A stretch of DNA of 64,000 bases from Zootoca vivipara. Its lineage: Eukaryota. Of this stretch, positions 62,965 through 64,000 are shown one piece after another. Under the pieces are notes generated by a model, which was not told where the DNA came from, searched no databases, and was given only the letters and a program-made list of their open reading frames with translations. The stretch covers positions 1,674,001 to 1,738,000 of the forward strand of contig NC_083294.1 of assembly GCF_963506605.1 (NCBI RefSeq), given 5' to 3'. Made by a program: the position numbers and the translations under genes. The stretch's first letter is position 1. Every line of letters starts with the position of its first letter.

Positions 62965-63868
62965 CTATGAAAGACAGGCAGACAGAAAGAGAATTTAATT
63001 TCCCCAGGAGCGGGAGGTGGGAGCTCTCAGGAGCACTGCCAATCCTTGAGGTCCCCAAGATGGTGCTCACAGGCAGCATGGCACTTCCGGAAACCCCTGC
63101 AGCACCCACCAGATTTTTATTCTGGAGAGCTCCCTCCCTTTGCCTATGAAAAGAACAACAGCTCTGCTCTCTTTCTCTCCATTCCACAGAATGCCTCTGG
63201 ACCCCATGTGGCCTCAGAAGGATGGGAAAGGACAAAAAAGAGGGGGAAGCAGCTGGAGGGCAGTGTCTGGCCTTGCAGATGCTTGCTAAACCCCTTCGGA
63301 AAAAGTATGCCTTTTAAGACTGAGGGCAATTTCCTAGACAACTGAAAGGAGGTATGTGTGGTGCAAGTCCCCAGCAGGGGCTGTTTGCTGGTGGTGGGTG
63401 TTCCTGTCCAGCCCTTCCCAGACTCAAATCTAGTCAGAGGAGTAGGAAACATGCAGCACACACAGACATACACTGGGCAGATTTCTGCACTGCCAATGAC
63501 CTTGAAGAGTCAGGCAGGGCCTAATTGTCCCTGTTCTAGGACTGGAGATTCCATGCACCAGTTGCCTGGGCCTTGCAAGCTGTGCTTCACAGTTATTATT
63601 TTATTATTTTGTGAATCGCTTCCCATAAAATATAGTACTGAAGCGGTTTCACAGTAAAAGCATGGGCAACAAAAACAATATGTAAAAATACTTAAAATCC
63701 ATTTTTCCTATAAATACAATTCTAAACTGAATACAGATATAGGCTGGGGTGAATATATTTGTATTGCTTTCAACCTATTGCAAGGCAACTGACTATTTTC
63801 CCACAGCTTTTTGCTTCTAGACCCTTGAGACTGGTTTGCATGATCCCAGGCAACTGTGAAGCTCTCAC

Positions 63869-63948
63869 CTTCCAGGTGGGATTCTGTGTTGGACTCCTCC
63901 ACTTGCTGAAGACATATTGCTTCTTCTGGGATTGTGTCCTCAGCTTCC
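63869..63948 (-). CDS. CIZ1: CIZ1 coding exon (gene enters from the right edge)
   Basis: EAEDTIPEEAICLQQVEESNTESHLE; canonical sites; phase fits the next exon; region poorly conserved. Confidence 0.7.
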
Positions 63949-64000
63949 CTGGTGGGATAAATGGTTTTTTTAAAAAAAAAAAGAAGAAGAAGAAGCTGTT

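Overview
Eukaryotic (vertebrate) genomic DNA, almost certainly a squamate and probably a lacertid lizard, judged from Sauria SINE, BovB, squamate L2 and hAT/Tc1 MITE content. Four protein-coding genes were reconstructed exon by exon from splice sites and reading phase. ODF2/cenexin is on the minus strand: its 5' half is here, with a CpG-island promoter at ~22.3-23.0 kb carrying an RFX X-box, and the gene runs off the left edge. PTGES2 is on the minus strand, complete, with 7 coding exons and 370 aa. BBLN/C9orf16 is on the plus strand, complete, with 2 coding exons and 97 aa, head-to-head with PTGES2. CIZ1 is on the minus strand: its 3' ten exons are here and it enters from the right edge. Introns and intergenic DNA hold a full-length RPS29 retrocopy with 17-bp TSDs, a non-autonomous Helitron, Buster-type hAT elements and MITEs, Tc1/mariner MITEs, SINEs, L1/L2/BovB/CR1 fragments, LTR remnants and a 174-N assembly gap. 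The most unexplained structure is a tandem plus inverted ~185-bp repeat array at 24.2-25.9 kb. Its intact units pair a CTCF-like motif with a YY1 motif. Other oddities are an ATF4-like uORF layout and triple in-frame acceptors in ODF2, a CAG>CAT acceptor and an open in-frame post-stop extension in CIZ1, and MITEs carrying ZNF143/THAP11-type motifs near promoters. Gene identities come from recognising conserved peptides by eye; no database search was run.
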